Shown here in pieces: positions 45,901-58,620 of a stretch of 64,000 nucleotides of DNA. A model generated the notes under the pieces. That model did not search any database, had not been told where the DNA came from, and was given only the letters and a program-made list of their open reading frames with translations. The position numbers were made by a program, and so were the translations under genes. Every line of letters begins with the position of its first letter. Positions within the stretch are counted from its first letter, which is position 1. This DNA comes from Anolis carolinensis (Eukaryota), in assembly GCF_035594765.1 (NCBI RefSeq), contig NC_085846.1, positions 18,339,190-18,403,189 on the forward strand, written 5' to 3'.

Positions 45901-48900
45901 TGGACTTGATTTTAAATATTCTCCCAAGGAATTTCTAAGTCCTATAATGTGATTCTGTGGACAACTTTCTACAGTCATGCTACAGATCCTCCAATGCAAT
46001 TCTATAATCAACTTCCAATGGAAGTTGACCATAAAGTCATGGTGGAAGACCTCTAGGACCTCTTCACAGAGCCCAATATTCAGAAACAGTGATTGGTTTT
46101 TTGTACTTTCGCCACGGAGCCCACCAGCTCCCATCATACACATTAAAAGTATTTCTGGGGTGGCTCTGGGGCAGAACTGTCTCAAATACCCTACCACTGT
46201 CAAAAAATTGCCAGTGGCAGATGATGGGAGGTTCCCTGTCTTTCCATAAGGAAAGATGGGTTTAGCCAGCTTAAAGAGGTTTCCCCCCATGTGATGAGAC
46301 GGGGCACGAAGGCGACAGGTTCCCATGCCCCCTGGACGAGTGCCGCCAGTTTCACCACATTCTGCGGGGATTCTTGGCAATTCCGGCAGCGCATGCGGCA
46401 AGGTCCCTAAAAATTCCTAGAGTTGTTTTCTCAGATAATAGCAATTTCTTTATTTCCATTTTTTTTTTCACTTTCATGGAGGTCATATGGAGGACTAATT
46501 GTAATGTGTAAAGAGCCAGTTCCCAGTTCATCCTTCCCTTCTTCTGCAAAATATCCCTGAAATCCATCTCAAGGGCAATTCTTTCATCCAAGTTCTCACC
46601 TGGATTGTGTTATTACGCCTCCAGGAACCTGTCAAAATCTGTGTCCCGGTTTTGTCTATCGAGACAGCATCACCACAAATGTGGGGCCCAGAGATGCGCC
46701 TGTGAAAAGGGCAGAGGAAGGATGGGAAGGAGAGAAGGGCGAGAAAGGAGGAAGAAGAGAGTGGGAGAATCATTAAGGCAGAGGAGAGCAAAAAGCAAGG
46801 AGAGGAGTGGGGAAGGTGAGAAAAGAACGGAAAGAGAACTAGTGGAGAAATAGGAGGAGGAGGATGAGCAGGCATACCGTACAGAATGTGGTGACTGTGT
46901 GTTCCAGAACTGGAGAGACAGAAACCAGAGAAGTGAGGTTAGATGGGGCTCCACCCTCCAATTTCCACCTCTCTCTCCTAGCCCATATCAAGACATGAAG
47001 AGTGGCGGGTTTACAAATAATATGTATTATTTTATTTTGTGACACAGCAAACAAGATAGATAAGCTGGATTTTGTATCACAAAATCACAAGTCGAGCACT
47101 TCCCAAGTGTCTAGGACTGTGTGATGTATTTTCGGATGATACGCGCAGATCATATTATTATTATCATCATGATCATCATCATCATCATTTATAGGAGCTA
47201 TTGGGAGCTCCTATATGCTATGAGGAACTATTGTTTTGCTGTAAAATCTCAGTCAATGAACACTGAGACTGTATCTCAATTTGGAGCACCAATTGCAGGG
47301 TTTAGTGCAGTGGTTCCCAACCTTTTTTTGACTAGGGACCACTCTCCAACATTAGCACCAAAAGGGTTGCGAATCAGTTTTTGGTCAACTTTAGATTCAG
47401 TTTGGTTATTTGAGGTGCTGATTCAGAAAACTGCATTGGATAGACCACATTAGCTCTAGTTTCTGATAGAGAACATATGCCATGCAGTAGTCGCCATCTG
47501 CTCGCCCACAGAAAATAATATTTAATCATCTAGAGCTGATTTCCCCTGCATGTCTTGTGGACCTTATTTTAGGTTTCATGGCCCACCAGTGGGTTGTGGC
47601 CCACAGGGTGGGAACCACTGCTCTAATGCAAGACATTGTCAGAGGACTTCCTTAAAATGGACGATGCACTATGAGAAAACTTCTAATTCTCCCATAGTAT
47701 GTTTGACATACAGGGCCAGCTCAATATATGAGAGCGAGTTAAACATTATTCACACTCTGGCTGTGAACTTTATTTTATCAACTTTCAAGAAAAGAGAAAA
47801 TACATCACTTTTCTACTCTATATCCCTGCCTTTCAGTACATTTTAAATATGTCAACAAACTCTCATATTCCCATATTAAAAATATTCTAGGCTGAGCTAT
47901 GAGCTATGAACACACTGCTGTCTTCACACAAATCTTTGTCCTCTGAGGGCTTCTTTCAATGGACCAAACATGTGATGGTCCAATAGAGCAAAATCAGGAG
48001 TATACAGAGGATGCTTTTTGGAGAGTGTCAATATTATGGGCAGCGGTGTGTGGACATGCATTCTCATGCAACAACACAACTCTCTTGCATAGAGGTGTTT
48101 TGTCCAAATTTTAGGCTTCAGCTCTTCAGTGAGCCTGTTTTGTCCCCTGAAAGAAGCCCTATGAGGTTAAAGATCTTAGATCTGTCTTAGAAATGTTTGA
48201 CCTTCCTTACAGATACTTGGGACTTTATCATGTGAGGTAGATAAATTACAATTACAGCAGGACAGCAACGCTTTGGAGTTAATCATATGATGTTGCTCCT
48301 TTCCGGCCACTCTCTTGGTGGGAAACTACCTGGAAACACAAATAATCCATTAATGGCCTCCTTCTATAAAGGAAACACCTTTCAATAGTTTCCCATGAAG
48401 AGAGAGAATGGAGCGACATCATGTGATAAGCCAAATCAAAGAGACCGTTGTCCTGCTGCAATTGCAATTTGCCTGCCTCTTGCGATAAATTTCTTGACTT
48501 CTGTCTTCTGCATCTGACCTAGAAAATACCCACAGTCTCTCTTCAAACCTCAAATGTTCTTTTTTGTTATCTGCCTTCATTTTAGCTCTGTGCCCATAAA
48601 TCAGGCATGGGCAAACTTGGGCCCTCCAGGCATTTTGGACTTCAACTCCCACAATTCCTAACAGCCGGTAGGCTGTTAGGAATTGTGGGAGTTGAAGTCC
48701 AAAATGCCTGGAGGGCCCAAGTTTGCCCATACCTACCACAGATGCTATACTTTCGTTACCTGAACAGTGTCATCCCATCCTCCAGAGATAAAATTATTGT
48801 CATTTTCTGGAAAGAAGGTCACAGCATAGACCCGGTACACGTGCCCGTCCATCAAACTTGGAGAATCACTGGAAGGAAAAGGAGGTGAGTGGTTAAAGCA

Positions 48901-50380
48901 CAAAAAACCAGCCACAGCACCACTACCAAATTCAGTCTATTTAGTATTTTTTTTTTAGTCTCTCTCTCACACACACACATTCCAACTGCTACCAGATGTC
49001 CTGCTTTCACCAGCTTACCTTGGCTCATAGGTTCCTGTTTTATTCCAGGTCTGAGTATCATACATGTTAATACCAAGCCCTGCTCCTGCTGTGAGGAACC
49101 TGGAACCTGAAGGGTTGAAGCAGGATATCATTGTCTGCCGGTCCTCTGTTAACGTGCGCATACAAGTGCGGGATGAGACGTGCCATAGTTTCACCTTCCC
49201 ACCAGAATCTGTGGATGGGGACGAGATCAGGGATTTCATTATGATAAGGCTCAAAATAATATTTTCTGTTGAAGGTGCAGTCTGTAAATGGGGCAAAATT
49301 GGCAAGTTTATTTTTATAACACGAATTAGCCGCTGATGGTAGAAAATTCAAAATCACTATGTGTTTTGTTTAGCATTCATACTTAAGGGCACCCCTACAT
49401 TTGCTGGGTGAAGGAAACCAAATAGAAACACTGCTGACAAAAGAGTATAATAATAATTCAAGCTAAGTGCGCCCCACATGCCGTTTTCAATAATTGCAAC
49501 TGTATGGCATCCTTCCTAATCTCACAACTTGTGAGAGAATGTGATGCTTGCCCATGCACTTTACTTATTAGCCTACCTTAAATCATTGCTGCACTAGTCC
49601 CACCCATGAAGATAAGAGAAACTTTTAGATAAGATAAGAGAAATTTTGGTTGCTGGTTGATGTCTTTTTATATAGTGCTATAATGTTGTTGTTTTATTCT
49701 GTCTACATTGTTGAATTGCATTTTTATGTAATTACATCTTAAACTGTGTCATTCGGGCTTGGCCCAATGTAAGCTGCCCCGAGTCCCTTTGGGGAGATGA
49801 AGGCAAGGTACACAAATAAAAATATTATTATTATTATTATTATTATCAACACAACAACATTGTATGGCACAGCAAACAAGATAGATATGCTGGATTTCGT
49901 TTCGCAAAACCACAAGTCGAACACTTCCCAAGTGTCTAGGACTGTGTGATGTATTTTCTGATGATGTGTGCAGATCCCAGTAGGGTGGCCTTTTGCAGTT
50001 GGCAGATGGTGATTTTGTCAATGTCTATTGTTTCCAAATGCCGGCTGAGATCTTTTGGCACAGCACCCAGTGTGCCCATCACCACCAGGACCACCTGTAC
50101 TGGTTTCTGCCAGTCTTTGAAGTTCAATCTTGAGGTCCTGATAGCGGCTGAGTTTTTCCTGTTGTTTTTCATCTATGCGACTGTCACCTGGGATGGCAAC
50201 ATCAATGATCCAAACCTTGTTCTTTTCCACAACTGTGATGTCTGGTGTGTTGTGTTCCAGAACTTTGTCAGTCTGGATTCGGAAGTCCCACAGTATCTTT
50301 GCGTGCTCATTTTCCAATACTTTTGCAGGTTTGTGATCCCACCAGTTCTTTGCTGCTGGGAGGTGGTACTTGAGGCATAA

Positions 50381-50431
<51 letters not shown>

Positions 50432-50509
50432 TTATTATGATACAGCAAACAAGATAGATATGCTGGATTTCATATAACAAAATCACAAGTCGAACACTTC
50501 CCAAGTGTC

Positions 50510-50573
<64 letters not shown>

Positions 50574-53500
50574 GACCATTCCAAAAAGGCATTGTATTCC
50601 AATATCCCTCAAAATCCTAAATATGGAATTCTGGTTCCGAGTATTTTGGACAAGGTATACTCAACCTGTATTATACATGCCCACCAACAGACTTCTTTTT
50701 ATCACATTGCCAATATGCATCTTCATAAATGTGACCATCCAATCGGATCTATCTGCCTCATCAGAGCATGGATCCACTTTAAATCCAGTATCTGCCTCCT
50801 GCAGAATTCTGGGGTTAGTAGTTTAGTGAAGCCCAGGACCTGTCTGGCTAAGAGTTTAAATGCCCTCACTAAACTACAAGACTCAGAAGGCAGAAACTGG
50901 ATTCAAAGTGGATCCATGCTCTAGTGTGATGAGATCAGTATTACCTTTGAGAGTTAGTGGGTTAAAGACCTTTTAGTATTTTGATCAGATGCAAGTGGAT
51001 TGCAGTCCATACAACGTATATTAGAGGTTTATTTTTTTCCCATTTAGTCCCAAAGGTGCTACTGTTCCTTTATATCTTTTTATGTTAACTCCCCTCTTAC
51101 ATGACAAACTCTTTAAATACTACTAGGAGTTGGGTAGCATTGATATAGGATCCAGTGTAGTATCATGGTTCGAATGTTGGACCAGGATTCTGGGAGACTA
51201 GAGATCAAACCTGTACTCAGACATGGAAATCCACTTTGGGCAAATAACACTCTCTAAACATCCGAAGAAGGTGACTGCAAACCTTCTCTGAATAAATCTT
51301 GCCTATAAAACTGTTCCACAAAGTGGAGTCCATGACATGCGAGTATGGAGAAGAGCAAACAACAGACCATCTACTACAATGCAGCCTGAACCCTGCCACA
51401 TGCACAATGGAGGACCTTCTTATAGTAACACCAGAGGCACTCCAAATGGCCATCTACTAGTCAAAGGACATTTAGTATACTGTAATGCCATGTTTTTTAA
51501 ACTTTGCTTGTGTTTCAAATACATTACACCTTGTACCCTCAGTTTGCTTCTGACACAACAAATAAAAAAATAAGCACCAGAAAACTCCGTGACAAAGTCA
51601 CCATACATTGGAAACAACTTGAAAGCAGAAAACGACACCATGAGTTAAGCCACCCATGACTTTAAAAAAGGTTCTCTGCGACTGTATCTAGTTGCCATAA
51701 TCTTCATAACCAACAAAACCTAAACTGCTATGTATATTTAAGTCCTTCAAAATGAAAATGTTTCTCTCTCAGGTCAGAATAATAAAAAAGCAAAACAGAT
51801 GCTAGTCAAAGGTTGGTAAGGAAGGCACAAGATGGAACAGATCAGCCTATGGGGCAAGGCATCACTCACAGGTGGCGAGCAAGACGTCTCCGTTGTGGGC
51901 AGGGCCCCGGGGCAGATAGCGCAGGGAGGTGATAGGTAGCCCCAACGTGGCAGTCTCACTGTCAGCAAGAATATGGTGAAGCAGCCCATCGTGGACAGCA
52001 TAAACCTTGGACAGAAGAGAGAATTCATCATCAGGATAGCAACTCGCAAGAACTCACTCTGTGTATGTCTATATGTGTGTATGTGTGCACATATGCAAAA
52101 TCTTGGATCACAGAGTTCTGAAGACCACAAAATTGGTTTCAGTGGATCACTCTTTGCCTACCCCAGTTCTACAATGTAGTCTATAGGCAAAGGTAAATGT
52201 TTTCCCCTGACATTGTCTAGTTGTGTACAACACTGGGGGTTGGGGTTCATCTCCATTTCTAAGCATTGTCCATAGATGCCTCCAAGATCATGTGGCCGGC
52301 ATGGCTGCATGGAGTGCCATTACCTTCTCGCTGAATGGTACCATTTGATCTACTCACATTGTTTTTGAACTGCTAGGTTGGCAGAAGCTGTGGCTAACAG
52401 TGGAAGCTCACCCCGCTCCCCAGATTTGAACCGCCGACCTTTTGGTCAGCAAGTTCAGCAGCTCAGCAGTTTTACGTGCTGCGCCACCGGGAGCTGCTTA
52501 GTGCAGTCTATATCATGGAATAATAATAATGATTTATTTATTTATTTATTATCTGCCTCACATTCGAGGTGGGGCACAATATAGTTAAAAGACACCATCA
52601 TAATAAGGATACAGACAGCCTTTTCTGTGTAATAGGGAGGAACCATTATCCATGAAACTGACCTTAATGGAACCGTTCTTCAATCCTGCTGCAATCCGCG
52701 TCCCATCGTTGTTGAACTGACAACAAAGTAACTGCTCACCACAATCTCTGTTGAATCAAAATATGTATATTTATTTAGTTATCTGGTAATTTTAATATTT
52801 TGCATCTGAAAACCAGAGGCCTTTAAAACAACAAATTATGAAAATATAAATTTATGAATGGAAAAAATAAAGCAAAATAATCAGGCAGAAAGCTAATTGT
52901 CAAGAGCAGAAGCATTGAACATATACTGTATTTCCTCAATTCTAAGATGCACTTTACTCCCCAGATAAGGTAAAGGTAAAGGTTTTTCCCTGACATTAAG
53001 TCCATTCGTGTCTGACTCTGGGGATTGGCGCTCATCTCCATTTTTAAGCCAAAGAGCCAGAGTTGTCCATAGACGCCTAAAGGGTCATATGGCCTGCATG
53101 ACTGCATGGAGCGCTGTTACCTTCCCACCAAAGCGGTACCTATTGATCAACTCACATTTGCATGTTTTCGAACTGCTAGGTTGGCAGAAGCTGCGGCTAA
53201 CAGTGGGAGCTCACCCTGCTCCCTAGATTCCAACTGTCGACCATTCAGTCAGCAAGTTCAGCAACTCAGCAGTTTAACCCGCTGTGCCACGGGGGCTCCT
53301 CCCCAGATAAATATCTCTAAAAACTAGGCGTGACTTAGACTCATGGATGCTCAATTTCGTGTATGTTTGTGTGTGTGTGTGCATCTTAGAATACAAGAAA
53401 TAAGGCAGTTACTAAAAACCCTACAAAACTGCCAGGTGAGGACTATAAAAATCTCAAAGATGATAAATTCTGCAAGAAGCAGAACTTGGGACACTTGCTC

Positions 53501-53894
53501 TTTTGCATGTCCAGAGAAATATGCCTTTCCCCAATTTTGCAACAAGACCTATGCTGCATTACCAAAAGTTATGAAACAAAAACAAATGGTGGGTTCATTT
53601 GGGGCAAAAAGAGGTTTTTCTGATATCTGGTAATTAAAAGGCTTTAAAGATTACAACCAACACTTTAAATTGTGTTCAGAAACATATTTGGAGCTAGGAA
53701 GGGATACGTTGTTAGCATATATGTCTTGGTGAAAGGGTCAACTGTGACATCCTTGGCTTTTTTACCCCAGGTTATACCTACATGACATGGAGCAGCCGAA
53801 GATCACCAGAGATGGAAGGGCTAGTGGTGACATCAACACCCAGGCTAGTACCTACTCCAGGTGTGGACAGGCGGCCCCGCCGTGTAGGCTGCAT
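42982..53894 (-). CDS. Uncharacterised WD40-repeat (beta-propeller) protein, about 348 aa from the ATG at 53894
   Basis: Minus-strand exons 53894-53782, 52747-52663, 52005-51870, 49208-49019, 48868-48760, 46909-46878, 46699-46600, 44740-44675, 44252-44160, 43104-42982 (TGA); 1047 nt in frame. WD motifs CQFNNDGTRIAAGLKNGSIKVY, GKVKLWH, DGHVYRVYAV...FISGGWDDTVQFWN and GPHICGDAVSID...ILTGSWRRNNTIQIWD. Confidence 0.88.
49846..50381 (-). mobile_element. R4/Dong-clade non-LTR retrotransposon, 3' fragment with restriction-like endonuclease
   Basis: Peptides KILWDFRIQTDKVLEHNTPDITVV...IIDVAIPGD and GTLGAVPK...LQKATLLGSAHIIRKY; flanked on both sides by (ATT)n. Confidence 0.85.
50383..50573. repeat. 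(ATT)n microsatellites with an embedded R4 3' end
   Basis: Long ATT runs flank an ~80-bp R4 tail. Confidence 0.8.
51317..51570 (+). mobile_element. Vingi 3' fragment
   Basis: Near-identical to 32657-32870. Confidence 0.75.
52189..52494 (-). mobile_element. Sauria SINE
   Basis: Reverse-complement body and tail. Confidence 0.8.
52967..53300 (-). mobile_element. Sauria SINE
   Basis: (AAGGTA)n tail plus full body. Confidence 0.85.
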
Positions 53895-54808
53895 GGCCTG
53901 GGAGCACAGGCTTTAGAAATGGCAAGAATGAACAGATGAGGTTCGAAATCTGTCTATCTACCAATCTACATGCCCATTCTTATTTTCTTAATCCCTTCCC
54001 AACACACAGAACAATCAAAGCTCAGTAATGTGAATCTATACTTGGCACGCAGAAGGTTCCCAATTCAATTTTTGGTGTTTGCCTGTTTCAAAAAACACTA
54101 ATAACAAAGTATCACATGATGGAAAAGACCTCTGCTTGAAACCACAGCTTGGAAAAGTTAGTGGTTTAGGACTAAGATTCCATCATCCTCATGGCCAATA
54201 GCTTCTTGGAGCTGCATTAGACTCTCCAATTATCCCAGTTTGGGTGGGACAGCCCTGATTAGCCCTCTCTTGTCCCACCTTTTCAGCTGCTATTAGAATA
54301 TCGAAGTTTCTCATTCCTTCTCCCGCTTTCAGCACTTGTGCTCAGCTTATTTCAGTTGCTGCAAACTGAGTTCAAAGTGTTGTCGAAGGCTTTCATGGCT
54401 GGAATCACTGGGTTGCTCTGAGTTTTCTGGGCTGTATGGCCATGTTCCAGAAGCATTCTCTCCTGACGTTTCACCCACATCTATGGCAGGCATCCTCAGA
54501 GGTTGTAAGGTCTGTTGGAAACTAGGCAGGTCCAGGGTGGGAGAAGGAACTTCTGTCTGTTTGAGGCAAGTGAGAATGTTGCAATTGACCAGCATGATTA
54601 GTATTGAATAGCATTACAGCTTCAAAGCCTGGCTGCTTCCTGCCTGGGGGAATCCTTTGTTGGGAGGTGTTAACTGGCCCTGATTGTTTCTTGTCTGTAA
54701 AGAGGTCTTTTTCATCATGTGATACTTTATTATTAGTGTTTTTAACAGGCAAATACCAAACATTAGGTCATGGGAAGCTGAGAAAAGAGAAATGTTTCTT
54801 TTCCTCTA

Positions 54809-55038
54809 GGCTCGGGCTGTGGCGCAGGCTGGAGAGCAGCTGCAATCAATCACTGCAATGAATCACCCTGACCAGGAGGTCATGAGTTTGAGGTCCAGCT
54901 CGGAGCCTATGTTTGTTTGTCTTTGTTCTATGTTAAAAGGCATTGAATGTTTGCCTATATGTGTAATGTGATCCGCCCCGAGTCCCCTTCGGGGTGAGAA
55001 GGGCGGAATATGAATGCTGTAAATAAATAAATAAATAA
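54809..55038 (+). mobile_element. tRNA-derived SINE with L2-type tail (short form)
   Basis: Same head and tail as the 33112 copy, lacking the central part. Confidence 0.75.
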
Positions 55039-55529
55039 GAAGTAAACTTTTGCACCTCTTCTAGCTTGTGGGTTTAACCTCCTAAATAGCTTTGTGATGT
55101 TACTTGATCACACATGTCCCAGTTTTCCTCTGTGAAATATTGGAGGCCGTAATGTATTCCATAAATGTAACTTTCCCAAGCTTTGTCTGAAACCATAGAC
55201 TGAACCTAACAGTCAGAGTAGACAGTGCTCCTCCCTTTGTCCCTGATAAGATATAAACTGTACTGGGTGAATATATTACTATTGCATTATTTTGAAATTA
55301 ATTTTACATTAATTATGAAAACATATAAACTCCTCTCTCCAAATAACATTTTATTACTGGTATATTAATATAATACAATATAATAATGTAATATTTACAC
55401 GATATCCACTCCTCTTGTAAATTTTGATCTTAGACAAATATTCTAACCTAAACCATGATAGATTCTGCTTTTTTCCTAACATTCTGTTCCCTTCTGTGTT
55501 GTTGACATTTGATCCAAGTGGCACTATAA

Positions 55530-56098
55530 TGTTAGGACTTTGGGACAGATCAAATGTCTAGGGACCCACACAGCAGACTGAGACCCACTTTAACACAAGT
55601 AAACAAATACACATTTCTATCTAAATATATACTGCACAAGTTTGAATGCAACACCCAGAGATTAATATTACCTAAACAGACCACCGTTTGTTCCCCTCCC
55701 CACAAATGCCCTTTCCCTTCATGCCGATCCTCAATCCCTTCCTAGCAACCCTCCAGCGATGCCTTATCAGCCACATCTCCCATCATCCAAGCTCCCCCCA
55801 AACCCTGCTGCCCATCTTCCCTGCACCAGCCTTTCTCTCTCTACCTTACTCTCTGGTTCTTCCAGCTCCTAGCAACCAATGAGGGAGAAGGGAGAATTTA
55901 CCTGGTCACCATGGCAGCTGGGAAAGAAGGCCAAAGGTTCTCATTGAAGACAGCATCCCAAGGTCCTACCACCTGGATCCTACACAACACACCTTCACCA
56001 CTCTCATAATACCAACACCAGAATGGTTGAAGACCTAAGAGTAGATCAGAGTGTCCTGGATCCAGCCCTTCAACTGTTGTCTTCTTTCCTTCCTAACA
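55530..56098 (-). mobile_element. Possible solo LTR
   Basis: Inverted 8-bp termini TGTTAGGA...TCCTAACA bound 569 bp with promoter-like content. No clear TSD. Confidence 0.4.
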
Positions 56099-58409
56099 TG
56101 TTCTCTTGACCCAGATTGGCATTAGCCATGCCACAATTTCAACAGGTATGCTTAAACTTAAGACTTCATCAGGTGGAGCTAGGGAAAGTGAGGGAAGGCA
56201 GGGAAAATTGTCTTCTTTGCATGCGCAATCATCTTCTTTGTGTGGTGTTCCATCTTTAAAGAAGACAGAGAATTTACTTACCTGCATCACACAGGATCGC
56301 TTCCTCCCAATTCAACCTTCCACTTGGAGGAGGCAGGAGGCATCATTCTTAAGTCAGACATAATTTCTTTCCACGGGCTCCTTTGCTTTTCCCTCCCAAC
56401 CCCCTTACTCTCAAGGACACAGGAGGCATCATTCATAAGATAGATTTTGGGAGACAAATGGAGCATCAATGCTTAGTAGGAGACTGCCCAAAGGAATGTC
56501 CATTATTCCACGTCACTGAAGTTATTCAACCCAGGCAAATTTAACAGATCCCGTCCCACGTGTTTTTCCCAGCTTTCTCCCATTTCCATGTGCATTGGGA
56601 GCTCAAAAGAGGCTTCTTAACCAGCTCTAGTTCTGCCCTCCTTCCCCCATTTACCTACACTTCAGAGACAGTTCACAGACGAAGCAGCACAGACGAGAGG
56701 CAGGCACCCCCTTGCATCATATGATAGAATCTGTGTTGCTTCATCTATGGATTGTTTTAAAAGTGTTTGAAAACTGGGGCAGATGGGGGTTCGTGTGATG
56801 AAGTCCTTAATCTCAGTTTAGATTAATCTGCCAGTGTCTTAGGGAACAGATCTTCTGGGTCATATATGATGACGAAGACTAGGGTCAGCACCATGATTGG
56901 TAGGACGCTCTGTGGCCTCTACTTTGAGCTGAACCAATCAGCATTAATAGAAAATAGAGAGTCACAGCAACCCCCCCCCCCTCAAAAAAAAAAAACCAGT
57001 GGGATGTAGGAGGCGTAAACCACACTGACTGACACCGTCAGAGAGGGCGACACCAAAATGATTATCTACTATATTTTTGTGCAGTGTTCCAGCAGAAATT
57101 CATTATTTTTGGGTTGCTGTGAATTTTCTGGGCTGTATGGCAATATTCCAAAAGCATTCCTCCTGATGTTTCACCCACATCTATGGCAGGCATCCTTACA
57201 ACCTCTGTAATTCTGGCCATGAAAGCCTTTGACAACTCATTATTTTTTATTTTAGAAATATCCCTGTAGTTAGATATAAGAGAGGCACCAAAGTGTAGTG
57301 GCTTGAGCATGGGACCACAATTCTGGAGACCCATCTGTTGGTATGGTTGTACTGGATGGCCCTTGTGGTCTCTTCCAACTCTTTGATTCCATGATTCTAT
57401 AATTCTAAGTCCATCTTACATGTAGGCTTAAATGTTGTCAATTTGCTTTTTACACCTTCTCATATCATGCACTCTAGCTGTAGTCAGAGCTGTCATCATC
57501 ACTGAATTACAATACTTTAGATTACGTGGTCTTGTCTACACACTCTACGAGCTTGTTGCTGATGGGGTTTTATATAGTTGCTGATTTGGTCAAATTTTAG
57601 CTACCATATTGTAGTATGGGAGGAGGTCCATGTGGGTGTCACCACGACCCTAGAGGCACCAACCCTAGAGGCACCACTGAAAAATCTCAACTTGTGTAAT
57701 ATGTAATTTGTGCTCTTTGGAAGAATTAAAATAGTGGATGCTAACCATAGTTCTGGAACCATACATTTTGTTCTGCAATAGACTGTCCTCTTTTTGGAAG
57801 GCTGTCAAACAAAAGAAATACTATCAACAAGGCTGATTGACCTATGGAAGGGAGAAAAATTGGTTTGGTTCATAGACAGTGTACTTGTTTTTTGCTGGAA
57901 AAGAAGGCAGAGATATTTCTTGGCCTGGACCTCTGGATTCGGGAATGAGGGAGTTGACAAACTAGTGATGCATCTACACTGTAGAATAAATGCAGTTTGA
58001 CCCCACTTTAACTGCCAAGGCTCAATGCTATGGAATCATGAAAGTTGCAGTTTGGTAAAATACCAGCACTCTTTGGCATAAAAGACTAAAGGCCTTGTAA
58101 AATTGCAACTCCCATGATTCCATAGCATTGAGTAATGGCAATTAAATACATAGCATTGATTCTATAATGTAGATGCATCCTAGACATTGGGCAAACAATG
58201 GAGATGCTACAGTATTGGGAATTATTGTGCATTGGGGTGATCTGAATCAATCCTACTATTACTCTTCCTGCAGAGCTGCAAAAATCACAATTTCCAAATA
58301 AACTGCTCTCTATTTTATTAATCTCATGCGTTCCCATCCTGACTCTCTAGCCCCTTTAGCATCCTTCACTCAGTCTGCAAACCCTGTCTACCAGTCCTCC
58401 CCATGTGCC

Positions 58410-58545
58410 CAAAGTTAATCTGGGGAAGGGAGAAAGGATTTATTCAGCAGATGTCACAGCCAGGAAGAGCGCAAAAAGGCCTGGATGGAGCAAAGGATCA
58501 GAAGCCGCAGGGAGAGATAATCCCCTTTTCCCACCCCATAAATCA
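58410..58545 (+). promoter_or_regulatory. CABP5 proximal promoter with OTX/CRX-type sites
   Basis: TAATCT 58416, E-box CAGATG 58448, TAATCC 58518 and ATAAAT 58538 upstream of the ATG. Confidence 0.55.
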
Positions 58546-58620
58546 CCTTCTTCTCAAAAGCCATCTCTTTCCCGGCTAAACTAGGCAGGCATCAGACGAA
58601 GGCACACATTGCCGAACACC

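Noticed and set aside
45898-46401. 167-aa minus-strand ORF within the WD40 gene
   Set aside because: Lies in a repeat-rich intron; the flanking exons join in frame without it; no WD features.
56282-56520. Minus-strand ORF ending near a strong donor CAG|GTAAGT
   Set aside because: It stops before the donor, so it is not coding; at most a non-coding leader exon of the WD40 gene, unsupported.
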